64,000 nt of DNA, from contig OZ037766.1 of assembly GCA_964035545.1 (NCBI GenBank), positions 26,502,343-26,566,342 of the forward strand, written 5' to 3'. A program made the translations under genes and the position numbers. Of this stretch, positions 24,201 to 36,200 are shown piece by piece. The stretch is from Bugula neritina. Taxonomy: Eukaryota > Animalia > Bryozoa. Under the pieces are notes generated by a model that did no database searches, was not told the origin of the DNA, and was given only the letters and a program-made list of their open reading frames with translations. Every line of letters begins with the position of its first letter. Position 1 is the stretch's first letter.

Positions 24201-27200
24201 TAAAAAGTGTTTTTTTGGAATTTTAATGAATATATTAATTGAAAATCAATCAATACCATGGCTAATGAAGTAGAATGCTATGTAAGAATAGAAAGAGTAG
24301 GTGGGATTTAGCATATGAAGTTGGATTCACACAACTCAGTTAAGTCTTCTAAAAATAACTAGCTGCTAAAAATACTCAATTGTATGAAAAAATTGGTGGA
24401 AAAATTATTCAATGTTCTCAAATTTAGCAGAGAAAGCTAATGAATGCCAATTTATAGGTTCCCTATAATATAGCAAAGTCCAGAATGTTTTGTAAGATTA
24501 AACTCATAGGTTGGTGTCATCTGATTTCAGCAGCTAGCACTTCTGCAAGTAATAGCAGTACTGGCTTAGTAAACACAAGGTCTGCGGTTTAAATTGGAGA
24601 TGTTAGGAAGGGCATTTAGTCATATATAGAAAGCACATAAATAGAAAACAAAAAGCACTAGAGAAAACAAGTCTTTAGCCCTCTAAAAACCTCTTTTCCC
24701 GGATGGCGTTTCTGCAGGAGCAAGTATTAACATTGATCCAGAATTGTTGGTAGCGCCAAGATATAACCTTGAATGAATAATTGTGTGATTTCACCTAAAC
24801 ATGATTACACATAGCATGACAATGGGCCAATATAAGGGAAAATATTTGATCTAAATGAAGCAAAGTTTTTGCATATATGCAAATAACTCAACCAAGTTCG
24901 TAAGGTTTCCTTTCATCTTCCACATTAGACTTTTTGTTCTGAACACAGCTTCTAATTAAAGATTCCTCCTAATTATTTCAAGTAAAATGTTTCACAAAAA
25001 TAATCAAAATACTTCAATCGAATGAACATTGTAATCAAAGAAGTTATAGCCACATTTTCTTGATTCTAGTTCCACGACGAATACCAGAATACATTCACAA
25101 AGAAGTCTCACAACGTGATCAGTGTTGAGGTGTACAGGTCATTTCCTGCCAAATATGAAATAAAGAGATGCCCTGACCACACAGACAGACCGTTGAAGAG
25201 GGCGTGTGAGAGTTGCTACAGGACGTTCTGTGATAGGTGTGACGTAAAGAAGAAATGCCATGTGTTAGGTAAGGTGTCTTCTGCAAACAACTTTAGTCTG
25301 GCTTGCTGGGCATTTGCTAGGAGTTGAATCATTGAAATAATACACATACATGCAGTTTCATGGTGCTTTGCTATTTAGATACTCTTTGTTATACAATATT
25401 GCTTTAGTTTTCAGCTATTGTGCTATTTGTTGTCTTGGTAAGATGACTTTAAAGTTATAAAGAGCAGAAATAGGCAGTTTTAGATTTAAATTTTAGTTGA
25501 GTTGTTATAAATATTGAAGCTGATACTACTGCATGCTACAGCCTTACTGCTGAGCAGGTGAAGTTGAAAGCCTCACCATGTGGTAGGCTATGATATACAT
25601 GTGTGCGTAGCCTTTTAAAAAGTTATTAACTTGACACATGATATGTAAATTTGTAATTTAAACAATGCAATGAGTTTTGACAAGTGTTTAAAATTTGACT
25701 TGGAACCGATTTTTATGCAACTGTTGATGGAGGGAGAGCATGAACTTTTCTCTCATCTAAAAGAAACAGTCGATCATGTAATCATTTATCTGCATGTATA
25801 TAAAACTTTTAATACAATCTTAAATGACATTCTACCAACTATGAATCAAAGCTTGTTTAGTACCATAATAGTAGAGCATATATTGAAGTTTTTAGAATGC
25901 ATGAGGGTCTATAGGTAAAATTTTAAAACAAGCATAGAGAGTAAAATAAGGAGTAGTGGTGGTCTATGGAGTTATAGCGCTGGCTTAGTAAACACGAGGT
26001 CAATGGTAAGAATCTCAGCAAAGGTCATTGATGATTTTAGGACAGGTATCCAGTTATAATTTCCCTTTACCACAATCAAAAAGATGTCCCAATATTGCTT
26101 AAAAAAACTTCCATCATGAATTCTCATAGGGATGACAGCTATTAACCTGCCTAGGTTTATGAAAAGCAAAACTAGCAATAATATTTGCCTTATAAAATTT
26201 TTAATACTGCTAATATTCAAGTAACTGAGTAAATCTAATAGACTGTGTCTTGCTTCAGGGAAAGCACACGAGCTGACATCACTGGACGAATTAGGGAGGA
26301 GGTTTAAAGAAAAGATGAATGCAATGATAAGAAGTTTGGCTGATAAATTGACAGACATTAGCAACATTGAGAAGAAGACGTATGGAGAGTTAGCAGATCT
26401 TAAAGAGACAGTTCTGCACATGTCAGAGGAAGTAGACAGAGTTGTTAACGAACAGGTTCATCATCTATACTTGACTCCGTTCACTTTTCACAAGATACAG
26501 TTTGTTAGAATTGCTAAAATTTATTACAATAATCATATATAACTTGAAGAAAATCAAACTTAAGAATTTATTTCAGTATGTATACACTTAAGCCTTATAG
26601 ACCCAGTATCTTCATATTTCTTTGTAGCAAAATAAATCGAACGAATTCCGACAGTATTAACTTAAATTAAACTTGATGGGGGACCAATTCTAGTGCATCG
26701 GTTTAGATTTCATACCATGTACAAAGCTCCATATCTATACAAAGTCAATATGTATAAACCTAATTCTACTCAAATTTTCAAAAGTAATATGGTTTCTCAT
26801 AACACACTTTTATACAATGCATATAATTATTGTTATACTAGTACTACTCTTGTCTAGTATTTATACTGTAGTTATAGAAATATAGGTACGTATATAATCT
26901 TATAGATATCAGTGATCAGACGCAAGGCAGAGGTGTTAAAGACAGAGATTCACATGTATGAAGTTGAGGGTATAACGCAGGTGGAGAAGTTCATCACAGG
27001 GTTGTTTAAGAAGAAGCAGTGCATTGAAACTCTCCACAACTTGACAGATGAGCTGCTGTCACAGAGTCACGATGCTGACATTCTCAAAGAGTACAGACAG
27101 AAGTCGGACGAGGTTGAGACGGCTCTTGGCATTGACATTGGAACGTGTCAGTTTCCTTTCAAGAGAATGCTAATCAGAATGGGTGAGAAAGTATTAACAT

Positions 27201-28818
27201 AAGGTTTACAGTTTCTTTATATACTTAGAAATTACAGCAGCTAGCTTATATTTATGTTACACATGAAAATCTTTTAATATATGAATTGTCAAAAAGATAG
27301 CATATTTTTAAAATCTCAACTGAAAAAAACTAAATTGTTCAAAATAATTTCATTATATGCTTCTGTAGGTGACTTCAAAGACATAGAGCTACAGCTGCGT
27401 GACTCAGCGCCATCGACTATGAAGTTTAGAATGAAGGAGAAGAAGTCAACGAGAGTGTGCTCCACCATCAGCTGGACTAATAACAAGAACTTGCTGTGTG
27501 GCAGGGACGAGTGTTTAGAAGTGCGCTACGGTGCTAGTGTAGAAGTCATGAGTAGCTTGAAGACATCAAGTGTGAACGGCGTTGCGCTCCACAAGCTAGG
27601 CCTACTTGCACTATACTGGAAGGATGGAAAGAATTACATCATTCTGTATTCCCCGGAACTGGAGTTTTTAAAACTTTTTGGTGAATTCTTTAGAACTACA
27701 GACAAGTTCTCCCACCTGGCATGTTCAGAGAAGTATGTGGCTGCCGTTGACCCAGATAATCGTCAGTTGAAGGTGTTTAGTGGAGACGGACAGCATCTGT
27801 ATGACATGAAGCTGATGGGAACCATGCGACCTTGGGGCGTGCACTTCTTGCATGACGGCTGCGTGCTCGTTACCGACCTGATGGCGGGATGTCTGAAGAA
27901 ATATGCGATGCGGGCAGGAAGTAGCGAGCCTGTGTGGGTGTGCAGAGACTTATTGTCACCTGTCGGAATATCAACTAACCATGATGGGCTCATTTTTGTG
28001 TCTAGCTTTAGCGCTAAGAAGATTTACATTATATCTCAACAAGGTAAGACAATTCTTGAGAAAGTAAATGTACATTGTAACAAATAAGAGTTGCTCACAT
28101 TAGATACAAATATCATTTAATGATAGAGTATCAAGTCCAAATTAATGCTATCACGCAACATATAAGCCTTTCAGTGCAAAATGGTAATGTACATGTACAT
28201 ATATAGTAAGATATTATAGTTATTACTGTATCAACTACATTCAATAAATACTAATAGTAAATTGTCCTTGGAGTTTTAGTATAAAGTTAGTTTGCACAAA
28301 ACAAAACAACTGTGGGAATTTTCCTTTTAATTAGCTTTAACATAACCATCTCATTGCTAAAGCTCATAGTACTAGACCTAAGTTTAATGAATGATTATAT
28401 TTCTATTATGAGCCTATAATGACATAGGCGGGTTACAACCTACAAATTAGAATGTAGCCAAGTTTTCAAGTGCAATTTTGCACATGGCAACTTGGCTACA
28501 TTTTAATTTATAAGTTATAACCCACCCATGTTCTATGTCATTATAGACCCACATAATTAATCATTAATTAGTACCATTAGCTTTGCAATACAATTATTAT
28601 AATGGAGTTGATTAAAAGACAAAGTCAATTGTTTTGTTTCTATCATCACCAACTTTATATTAATTGCAGGAGTTTTGCTGAAAGAGTTGACAAATCAGAA
28701 GTTAATGAATATAAAGGAGGTGTATGACATTTCCGTGGTTGAAGATCAAATTGCATTAGCGTGTGGGCAAGATGGAGTTGTCTGCTTCCAGATGATGTTT
28801 GATGCTCTGGTAAAGTAA
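21291..28818 (+). CDS. TRIM-NHL-like E3 ligase, paralog C (RING, B-box1, B-box2, coiled coil, beta-propeller), ~685 aa
   Basis: Exons 21291-21634, 22790-23006, 25070-25268, 26259-26455, 26906-27182, 27369-28043 and 28670-28818 sum to 2058 nt in frame. RING CGHC..LPCAHIFCMPC..CPTC. The last three exons have the same lengths as in paralog B (277/675/149 nt). Confidence 0.9.
24560..24625 (+). mobile_element. SINE fragment
   Basis: CTGGCTTAGTAAACACAAGGTC...GATGTTAGGAAGGGCATTTAGTCAT, shared with the 8013 and 25950 copies. Confidence 0.55.
25950..26065 (+). mobile_element. tRNA(Thr)-derived SINE fragment
   Basis: A-box TGGTCTATGG, anticodon-arm-like GCTTAGTAAACAC, degenerate B-box GGTAAGAATCTC, then the core TTAGGACAGGTATCCAGTTATAATT. 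Confidence 0.6.
28295..28640. mobile_element. Imperfect foldback (palindromic MITE-like) element in the last intron of TRIM C
   Basis: Nested inverted arms: TATAATGACATAG / CTATGTCATTATA, AATGTAGCCAAGTT / AACTTGGCTACATT and ATTGCTAAAGCT / AGCTTTGCAAT, centred near 28475. Confidence 0.65.
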
Positions 28819-30255
28819 ACGTATCCTGTGTGCACCACCAGCTAGGTTGATTCTTGTCATGGGTCTTATTACTGATATATTTCTATAGATTTCGCCCGCT
28901 AAGCTTACTGGTTGTATGCGGAGTGATTCATTGACCTTTAACCCTTTGATTTTATTTGCAGTTTATATTGTTTTTTATATTTTATTTTATGTTGTATGTA
29001 GTTCGCTTCTAACAACAGTGCTTTCAAAATATCTGATATATTTTGCCTCATATGTTTTTTATTGATTTTCTATTTGAGAGTTTTTGCTATCATTTGGTAG
29101 TTTAATTTAAAGTAACAGAGTTATGATCAGTATAAGAATATTTAGTTTATCATAATTATGAAAAAGTAAAGCTGTTTCAAAAATATTATACTGTTTAATT
29201 ATAAATGATACTTTATTTGGGCTTAAATGTAGTATGTAGTTTTGTTAATACATTATACATATAATACATACTAATTTTACACACGCGAGTTCACTAAATT
29301 CAGTGAGCTTAAAACTAATTTTATGGTTGTACTGAAAATCTTCATATGCATGCAAGGTATTTGTTAGAAATTTACTTTAATTGAAGTATACTGAATAAAA
29401 CTCTATCAAATTACTGAACACAGGTGTTTCCTATAAGCAGTATAGTATAAACTACACATTACAATAAAATGTTACTGATAACATTTTGCCTCTAACTTCT
29501 AGCCAAACTTTCCTCCAACTAAAACCTGCTTAGTTTATGTATATGGCCAATATGTCCGAAATTGCTGTGAATTAACCACAAACTTTGGAAGATACCTGGA
29601 TATAGATAGATTCCCCACAGATAACATTTTAATTTGCATTAATTTTTTTAAAGTGCTATAACATAATGTGACAACTCCAATTTCTCCGATAATCTATAGT
29701 TGAGTTAACCACATACATTGTAGCGGAGTAGGTACAGTAAGTAGTCTGTATATTTATGTTACCCTCAAGGGAAGGGATTTTCCAGCAAGATAACAACATA
29801 ATATTTCATAGTAAAGAGGTACAGCAAATTAAATTATTGGATATATGCAAAGGATAAATGAATTCTTAGCAATTAGTCTGAACAATAGCTAGTTCAAACC
29901 AGGTGAGCCAGTTCACCCAAGAAATCCCACTCTTACAGCTGAGACAATATAGCAGAGGAACTTATGGTTGGAGTAAGAGAACTAGAGGTCACATACGGCA
30001 TTACTGATGTGCATTATTTACTAAGTCAAATAATGTTTGTTAAGTCAAAATAGGACGTGTACAGTGGTGTGACAGAATTTATTTTATACAAAAATATGAC
30101 ATCATAGAAACAAGTTAGATACACCATTTCTATCAATACTCAAAATTCTTCAAGTCACCTAAAAACCAACTAAATCAAACAATGCTAGCGGTAAACATTT
30201 CAGTAAAGCAAGAATAGTAATTCGAGTAGATGTTAACAATGATTAATAGTGTTTA

Positions 30256-33200
30256 TCATTTCAGTGACAATTCTTCTATGTGTTTGAGTACTTGATCACT
30301 GGTCTTATCTGATACCAGCACTGATGCTTCCTCACCAAACTCTATAACAGACACAACATGTTGACATATGTAGATATAGACAACAGGCTAAGGTAGATAG
30401 AGACAACAGGCTAAGGTAGATATAGACAACAGGCTAAGGTAGATATAGGCAACAGGCTAAGGTAGATATAGACAACAGGCTAAGGTAGATAGAGACAACA
30501 GGCTAAGGTAGATATAGGCAACAGGCTAAGGTAGATATAGACAACAGGCTAAGGTAGATATAGACAACAGGCTAAGGTAGATATAGACAACAGGCTAAGG
30601 CAGATATAGACAACAGGCTAAGGTAGATAGAGACAACGGGCTAAGGTAGATATAGACAACAGGCTAAGGTAGATAGAGACAACAGGCTAAGGTAGATATA
30701 GACAACAGGCTAATAACATAATAAAAGCAAATAAACATTTATTACAGCAGCATTTTACATAATCGGTTGACAGATTTCAAGTAGAGCTTACAAAATAACT
30801 TATGATTTTTATAAACAAAAAATAATAATACAACATTTGCAATTTCAAGACAAAGAATTGAGTACCAAACCGGCAACTATGCATTAAAAAGCACAAGAAA
30901 CACAAAGAGTGATAATGGAGTAGATGTTTTGCACCAATTCCTTAGTCAGCACATGACTATAATATAAAACTACATCACCATGGAAATAAGGATGGTTCTT
31001 GTCAATATAAACTGTAAAGCTGCAAGCCCCTGTAAACTATTACAGTGCTAAGTATGAGTGCATCCTTACCATATCGAGCCCAGATTTTAGGAGGAATACC
31101 GCTACATTCCCGTACTAATATAGGTGTGCTGGGGTTCACCTTCTTTATACTGACAAAATTTTTCTTGATGAAATCCCTACAATGAAGTCAATTTTAAAAC
31201 TTCACAGTATGGCTATACACCTGGCTCACGCAGCCACATTCAAGTAGTTATAAACTAGCAACTGCTACATGCATCAACAGTGTAACTTTGAGAGTCTTTA
31301 CAAAGAAAAAAGCAAATATAAGTCAAATACTAATAGTAATACTATACCAACTTAACCTCGCAGTCACTTACCATTACTTTTTGCAGTGCTAGTGTTGGTA
31401 GTTGTCAGTTGGAGTCACATTTACAGTCAGAGTTACTATGTCTATCATGACTAATAGTAAGTGTAACAGTGTTACTATTAGGGGTAAGTGGGGCAGTCTG
31501 GACCGTTTTTTAGTTTTTTACATGTTTTGAACACGCTATTGGTGATATGCACAATTTAACGAGAAAATATGTTAGTTTTATATGTTGTGCTATCTATGAA
31601 ACACTTAGATAATTAAACTTCTCTATTTTCTCCTCGTCACAATCAATTAAAAATGTCTTCTCAAAAGGTCCGAACTGCCCCATAGTAGGGGCAGTTTGGA
31701 CCCCCCTATGGGGCACTTTGGACCAAAAGAAACAATTTTGTTTGAACCACACAGGAATTTTTTTGTTATTTAAATGTAAGTATATTGTGCACTCTATGTA
31801 ACATACCAGCATTAAAAACATGATGTGATTGATATTTTACATATAACATGTCCATATATTCACTAAGCAATAAGCAATGTTGTTCGGATATAATAATGAA
31901 CGTAATATAATGCTTCCACTAAATTCTGTTGACTAGAACTATAGTTTGTAAGGAGTGTTGTAGACGGTAGACCTTCAATCTTGCATATACTGCGATAAAT
32001 CAATGTTGAATGTGAGCTTTTTACACGTGCGCTCAGTACCACCAGAACTTGTTGGGGTAGGTAACAGAAGCACCAGGTCGCAAATATCAACTGTAGCAAC
32101 ATCTTCTTGCACTGGTACAATAAACTGCCTGTTCCCTACGCTCTTATAGAATGATATTACAGCTGTATCTTCGTCACGTTGAATAAAGTGGACAACCCCA
32201 GGAAAATGGCGAACATTTTTCTTTCCCCTAAGTGCTGCTAACACGTAGCTTCCAACGTTCAGTTTGTCTGCCGTTATAGCTTCCACATCAGCCACCTCGT
32301 CCTCACTCGATGGGTCATCAGTATCATCATCAATTGGTATGGCAAAGTCTTCCTCACTACTGCTGCTATCTTCCTCTCTAGCAATCTTTCTCTTTTTCAA
32401 TATTGATGGTTTTTTTGTTTTTCTAGCAATCCGTTCCATTTCCTCTTTCTCAAGTTGAATCTTTGTTGGAGTGTTGGTCAGAATAGTTGTTTTTCTCTTT
32501 CTGTTGCATTGTTTGGTTTTTCTGGGTCCAGCTTTAGCAAATGGTCGTACCTGTTCCGGTGTGATAGCACTTGGGTTGTTGGTATCCGCAGAATCACTAG
32601 ATGGAGATGTCTGGCCATCAGAAGTAGTAGTTTGCTTGATAGAATTGTCAGAAACAGAGGCTACTACACCATTACATTCGACTTCATCATGGTTACTTGG
32701 TTGGGGGCGATCAGTAACATATGATGAGAGAAAATCATCATCACCAAAAGCATTGCGATCTATTGGGCAAATACCAGGCTTTCGGAATCCGCTTAAGATG
32801 TTGTTGGGTGTCATGGCTCTAGGATAAGCTAAGCTTAGCAAAGATGCCATATTGTAAATTGATAATGTTTGGCCAGGGTTACTCAAATGCCACGATGTAC
32901 AAGCTTCGTTAAAATACCGCTTCAAAGGGCCATATACTGCAATGTCCAGTGGCTGCAGTTTATGGCTGCAATGTGGTGGGAATGTTAACATCACCACTCC
33001 ACTCTCCTTGGCCAAATCTATGGCATCTATGCTTGTGTGGCTATCATGATTGTCCATCAACAGTAAGACAGGCCTATCTTTAGATGCTCTAGTATGCAGT
33101 ATGAAATGACGAAGCCACTCTATAAACAGTTCTCTTGATATCCATCCTGATTGACAAGCAGCACCTATTGAACCTACTGGAGCACCATTAAGCATGAACT

Positions 33201-35225
33201 CTCGATATTTTACTCGAGGAAAGATCAACATTGGGGGAATACTGTTACCACCAGCACTAACAGCGCCAACCATTGTGATCAAAACTCCTCGCTCAGCTGA
33301 TGTTACATGACCAACTTGTCGGCACTTTCTATCTGCAATGACCTTTGGTGGTTTGTGTACAGTTGTGAGGCCAGTTTCATCCATATTGTAGATTTCTGAA
33401 GCAGCAAACTTATATTTTTTCATTACCCATTGAAGATTGTCAAAAAACTGGTTAACATTCGCTCTGTTAAAGGCGGTACCTCTACTGAGGCTGGTAGGCT
33501 CTGGTTTTCTTAAACTTAGATCTGTGTGTCGTTTCATAAAGCCACTGATGCAATCTTTACCTGCACATTGTTCATAATCCCATGATTTAGGATATGTAGC
33601 ACCTACTTTTTTAGCATACTCCCATGCAAACTCCCTGGTCATTTTCTTAGAAAGCCCGTGGTTCTGCTTTGCTGCCAATTTTAAATAGTCCTCCAACATC
33701 CTCTCTTGCTCAGCGGTAAAGACTGCACGGCTTGAAGTAGATTTGCTATATGACATGTTAGATCCCTTAACCTTAGCCTCATCAACATAGCGTCTGAGTG
33801 TAGTACGTGGGACATTAGAATTTTTTGCTACTTGACGCAGGGATTCTCCAGCTAAAACCAATTCTACAGCTTCCTTCATTGCCATCTCAGAGACTTTTAC
33901 ATCCTGTTTCTTTTTCTTGTAACTTCTAACCATGATGACGATGTTTAATCTAAAACAGTAAACAGAAAACTCTTGAATTGTAAAGCTCTACCCCATATCC
34001 CTTAGTGGTAATCATGCATTCTGTGGGCGGGGCACTTTGGACAGCGGTCCAAAGTGCCCCTATGTATATGGGCCAAACTGCCCCACCTGTCAAAATTTAT
34101 AATTTTCTTATGTATCTCAAAACTTGATTTAGCAAGATATGTTAGCAATGCATGATGATTAACTATGGTCATGGATGTTTGCATGCACCAGATATGAATA
34201 AATTGTACAACACACATGACTTCAAAAATCTCCATTGAAAATAGTTTATCAAATTTTATTTTTAAAAGAATTATAAATATCTGCTTACCTCTTCTTCTAG
34301 AATAGCAGCATGTGGACAAAAACAATATAGCAGACTTTTTACATCCTATTCTTGGTTTTCCTAGAGGAAAGACAACTCAAAACAAATTAGATTTAGCTGC
34401 AGATAGGGTGGTCCAAACTGCCCCTATGTCCAAACTGCCCCACTTACCCCTACTATTAGCCATGAAGTGTTTATGTTGCGTTGGTCTCGGTATAAGTAGT
34501 ACTATTAGTATTATGTTTTGTTGCACCACTAACAGTTACACAGTTACAGTAAGTGTAACTCAAACGGGAAAAGTAACAGCAACGGCAATTGACCTCATTC
34601 ACAACCTGACATTCATTCCAAAAGTAAGACTAAGAAAAAGTCAAAGTCAACTGTCAAAGTGTTAGTGCAACTGACCATCGTGATCCTATTCAATTTCATT
34701 GCGATTGCATTTTTTGTTGGTGATGCCATTACTCATTAGCCAGTACAGTGCCAGTAGGCAATAGTAATAAATACCAACAATAGAATAAGTGAGACACTCT
34801 TTCATTTTCACTTTGACTATAGTATTGGTATTTGGTATTGGTAAATGACAAAAAGAAAATCAGATTTTGATTCAAATTAGTCCTTATACTCATAGTATGT
34901 CAATGTGTATCACTTATAAAGTTAGAGTGTTAGACCACAGTGAGTATCACTACCATATTTATCATGATAGTGATGCTCATCACTCATCAGTCATCTTGCA
35001 CTTGAAGTTGATTGTTGAGACTTGAGTTGTGCCGTTTGAACCGAGAGTTTCACGATTATATTCAATTATGTGGTAGCAACAAAATCATTCGTGTGTTTTA
35101 TTTACAACAGAAAATACAAAATGTTACGCATACCTTACTCCTTGGCTAGCAGGAGAATTTTGGCATAAATGTATACGAAGCTCCTTTAGCCGGGGACCAA
35201 ACTTTAAAACATTAGAAGCGGCCAT
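30256..35225 (-). CDS. NDUFA2: NADH:ubiquinone oxidoreductase subunit A2 (complex I B8), 94 aa
   Basis: Exons 35225-35134, 31176-31070 and 30341-30256 (285 nt) translate to [94 protein letters not shown], with the family motifs LRIHLCQ.S..S.GVR.F and P.L.RECS..P..WARY. Confidence 0.96.
30370..30712. repeat. 23-bp minisatellite GTAGATATAGACAACAGGCTAAG (~15 units) in NDUFA2 intron 2
   Basis: Direct reading of the tandem units. Confidence 0.95.
31481..34450 (-). mobile_element. Full-length pogo-superfamily DNA transposon (2,970 bp) in NDUFA2 intron 1
   Basis: TA|GGGGTAAGTGGGGCAGTCTGGAC and GTCCAAACTGCCCCACTTACCCC|TA give a 23-bp TIR with 1 mismatch and a TA TSD. Contains an intact transposase ORF. 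Confidence 0.95.
31975..33933 (-). CDS. pogo-type transposase (psq-like HTH, CENP-B/Tc5 HTH, DDE_1 with DD35D), 652 aa
   Basis: N-terminal [22 protein letters not shown]. Catalytic motifs [17 protein letters not shown] and KLQPLD, with 35 residues between D2 and D3. Confidence 0.93.
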   Translation of the reverse strand: MVRSYKKKKQDVKVSEMAMKEAVELVLAGESLRQVAKNSNVPRTTLRRYVDEAKVKGSNMSYSKSTSSRAVFTAEQERMLEDYLKLAAKQNHGLSKKMTREFAWEYAKKVGATYPKSWDYEQCAGKDCISGFMKRHTDLSLRKPEPTSLSRGTAFNRANVNQFFDNLQWVMKKYKFAASEIYNMDETGLTTVHKPPKVIADRKCRQVGHVTSAERGVLITMVGAVSAGGNSIPPMLIFPRVKYREFMLNGAPVGSIGAACQSGWISRELFIEWLRHFILHTRASKDRPVLLLMDNHDSHTSIDAIDLAKESGVVMLTFPPHCSHKLQPLDIAVYGPLKRYFNEACTSWHLSNPGQTLSIYNMASLLSLAYPRAMTPNNILSGFRKPGICPIDRNAFGDDDFLSSYVTDRPQPSNHDEVECNGVVASVSDNSIKQTTTSDGQTSPSSDSADTNNPSAITPEQVRPFAKAGPRKTKQCNRKRKTTILTNTPTKIQLEKEEMERIARKTKKPSILKKRKIAREEDSSSSEEDFAIPIDDDTDDPSSEDEVADVEAITADKLNVGSYVLAALRGKKNVRHFPGVVHFIQRDEDTAVISFYKSVGNRQFIVPVQEDVATVDICDLVLLLPTPTSSGGTERTCKKLTFNIDLSQYMQD

Positions 35226-35385
35226 ATTTAAAACACAAATATCATATAGCCCCAGAGTATGCTGTACGTATAACGCTATTCAAAGAGAATCAAAGGACCA
35301 GCATAGAATAGCGCTGTATAGCATGTTTCGGACTTCAACATGGCGAGTTATTTTCATTGGTTACGTTAATTTGAGCTTGAATAAG
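35226..35385. promoter_or_regulatory. Probable bidirectional promoter for NDUFA2/NEK1, with putative NEK1 non-coding first exon
   Basis: Head-to-head genes, locally CpG-richer sequence and a YY1-type CAACATGGCG at 35336-35345. A donor AAG|GTAC at 35385/35386 could join the acceptor at 36905, just before the NEK1 ATG. Confidence 0.5.
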
Positions 35386-35519
35386 GTACATGACATTATC
35401 ATTAAGCTATCAGCTACAAGTACCATTTAGGTCAATAACTGCTAGTAAAAGAGGCCGGACGCAATTTATGTATCTTTTTATAAATTAATGTGTAAAAAAT
35501 AATATTTCAACATTCATCT

Positions 35520-36200
35520 ATTGATTATTACGTATTACTATTTGTCTATTAGTATTACTATTACACTTACTTTTACTTTTAGTTTTAGTGATTTACTTTT
35601 ACTATTAGATTTAATATTACTATTACTATTAGTAATCGGTATTAGTTTTACTATTATTATTAGTATTAGGCTACTATTGGTGTTAATAATATCAATAATC
35701 ATAATGTCACTATTAAGTATTAATTTTAAGTATTAACTATTAATTATTAAGTATTACTATTACTATTAGTTTTACTATAACTAGTATAAGTATAACTATA
35801 ACTATTGCTATCACTCTTAGTATTAGTAATAGTTATAGTAATAGTAATACTAAGTTATACTTAATACTCTTTTATACATGCAATTGCACTTAATCTTTCT
35901 CAGTACTGTCTTACAGATGGTAATACTAATATGAGTTAATTACCTAATGTCATACTTATAGTAATTGTGATACTGATACCATTCCTAGTAAGTTATTAAT
36001 AATATGAGTAAAGTATAAGATTTTCACACAGTATAATGAATATAACATTAGGTATTTATTGTTATACTTTAACTATTACTAATAGTATTAGTAATGCACT
36101 ATTTATCTGTTACTTTTCAGATTTTACTGTTAGTATAAAGACTAACTTATAAGTATTGCTTTTATTGCTCTTAGTATTAGTATTTGATAGCCTACTACTA
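35520..36200. repeat. Low-complexity degenerate (TAT/TAG/TAC)n tract
   Basis: Recurrent TATTAG/TATTAC hexamers. Confidence 0.6.

Noticed and set aside
25950-26025. tRNA-Thr gene
   Set aside because: Degenerate B-box, no acceptor stem, and it continues into the SINE core.
30370-30712. Regular 23-bp repeats resembling a CRISPR array
   Set aside because: No unique spacers, eukaryotic intron context, and no cas genes.
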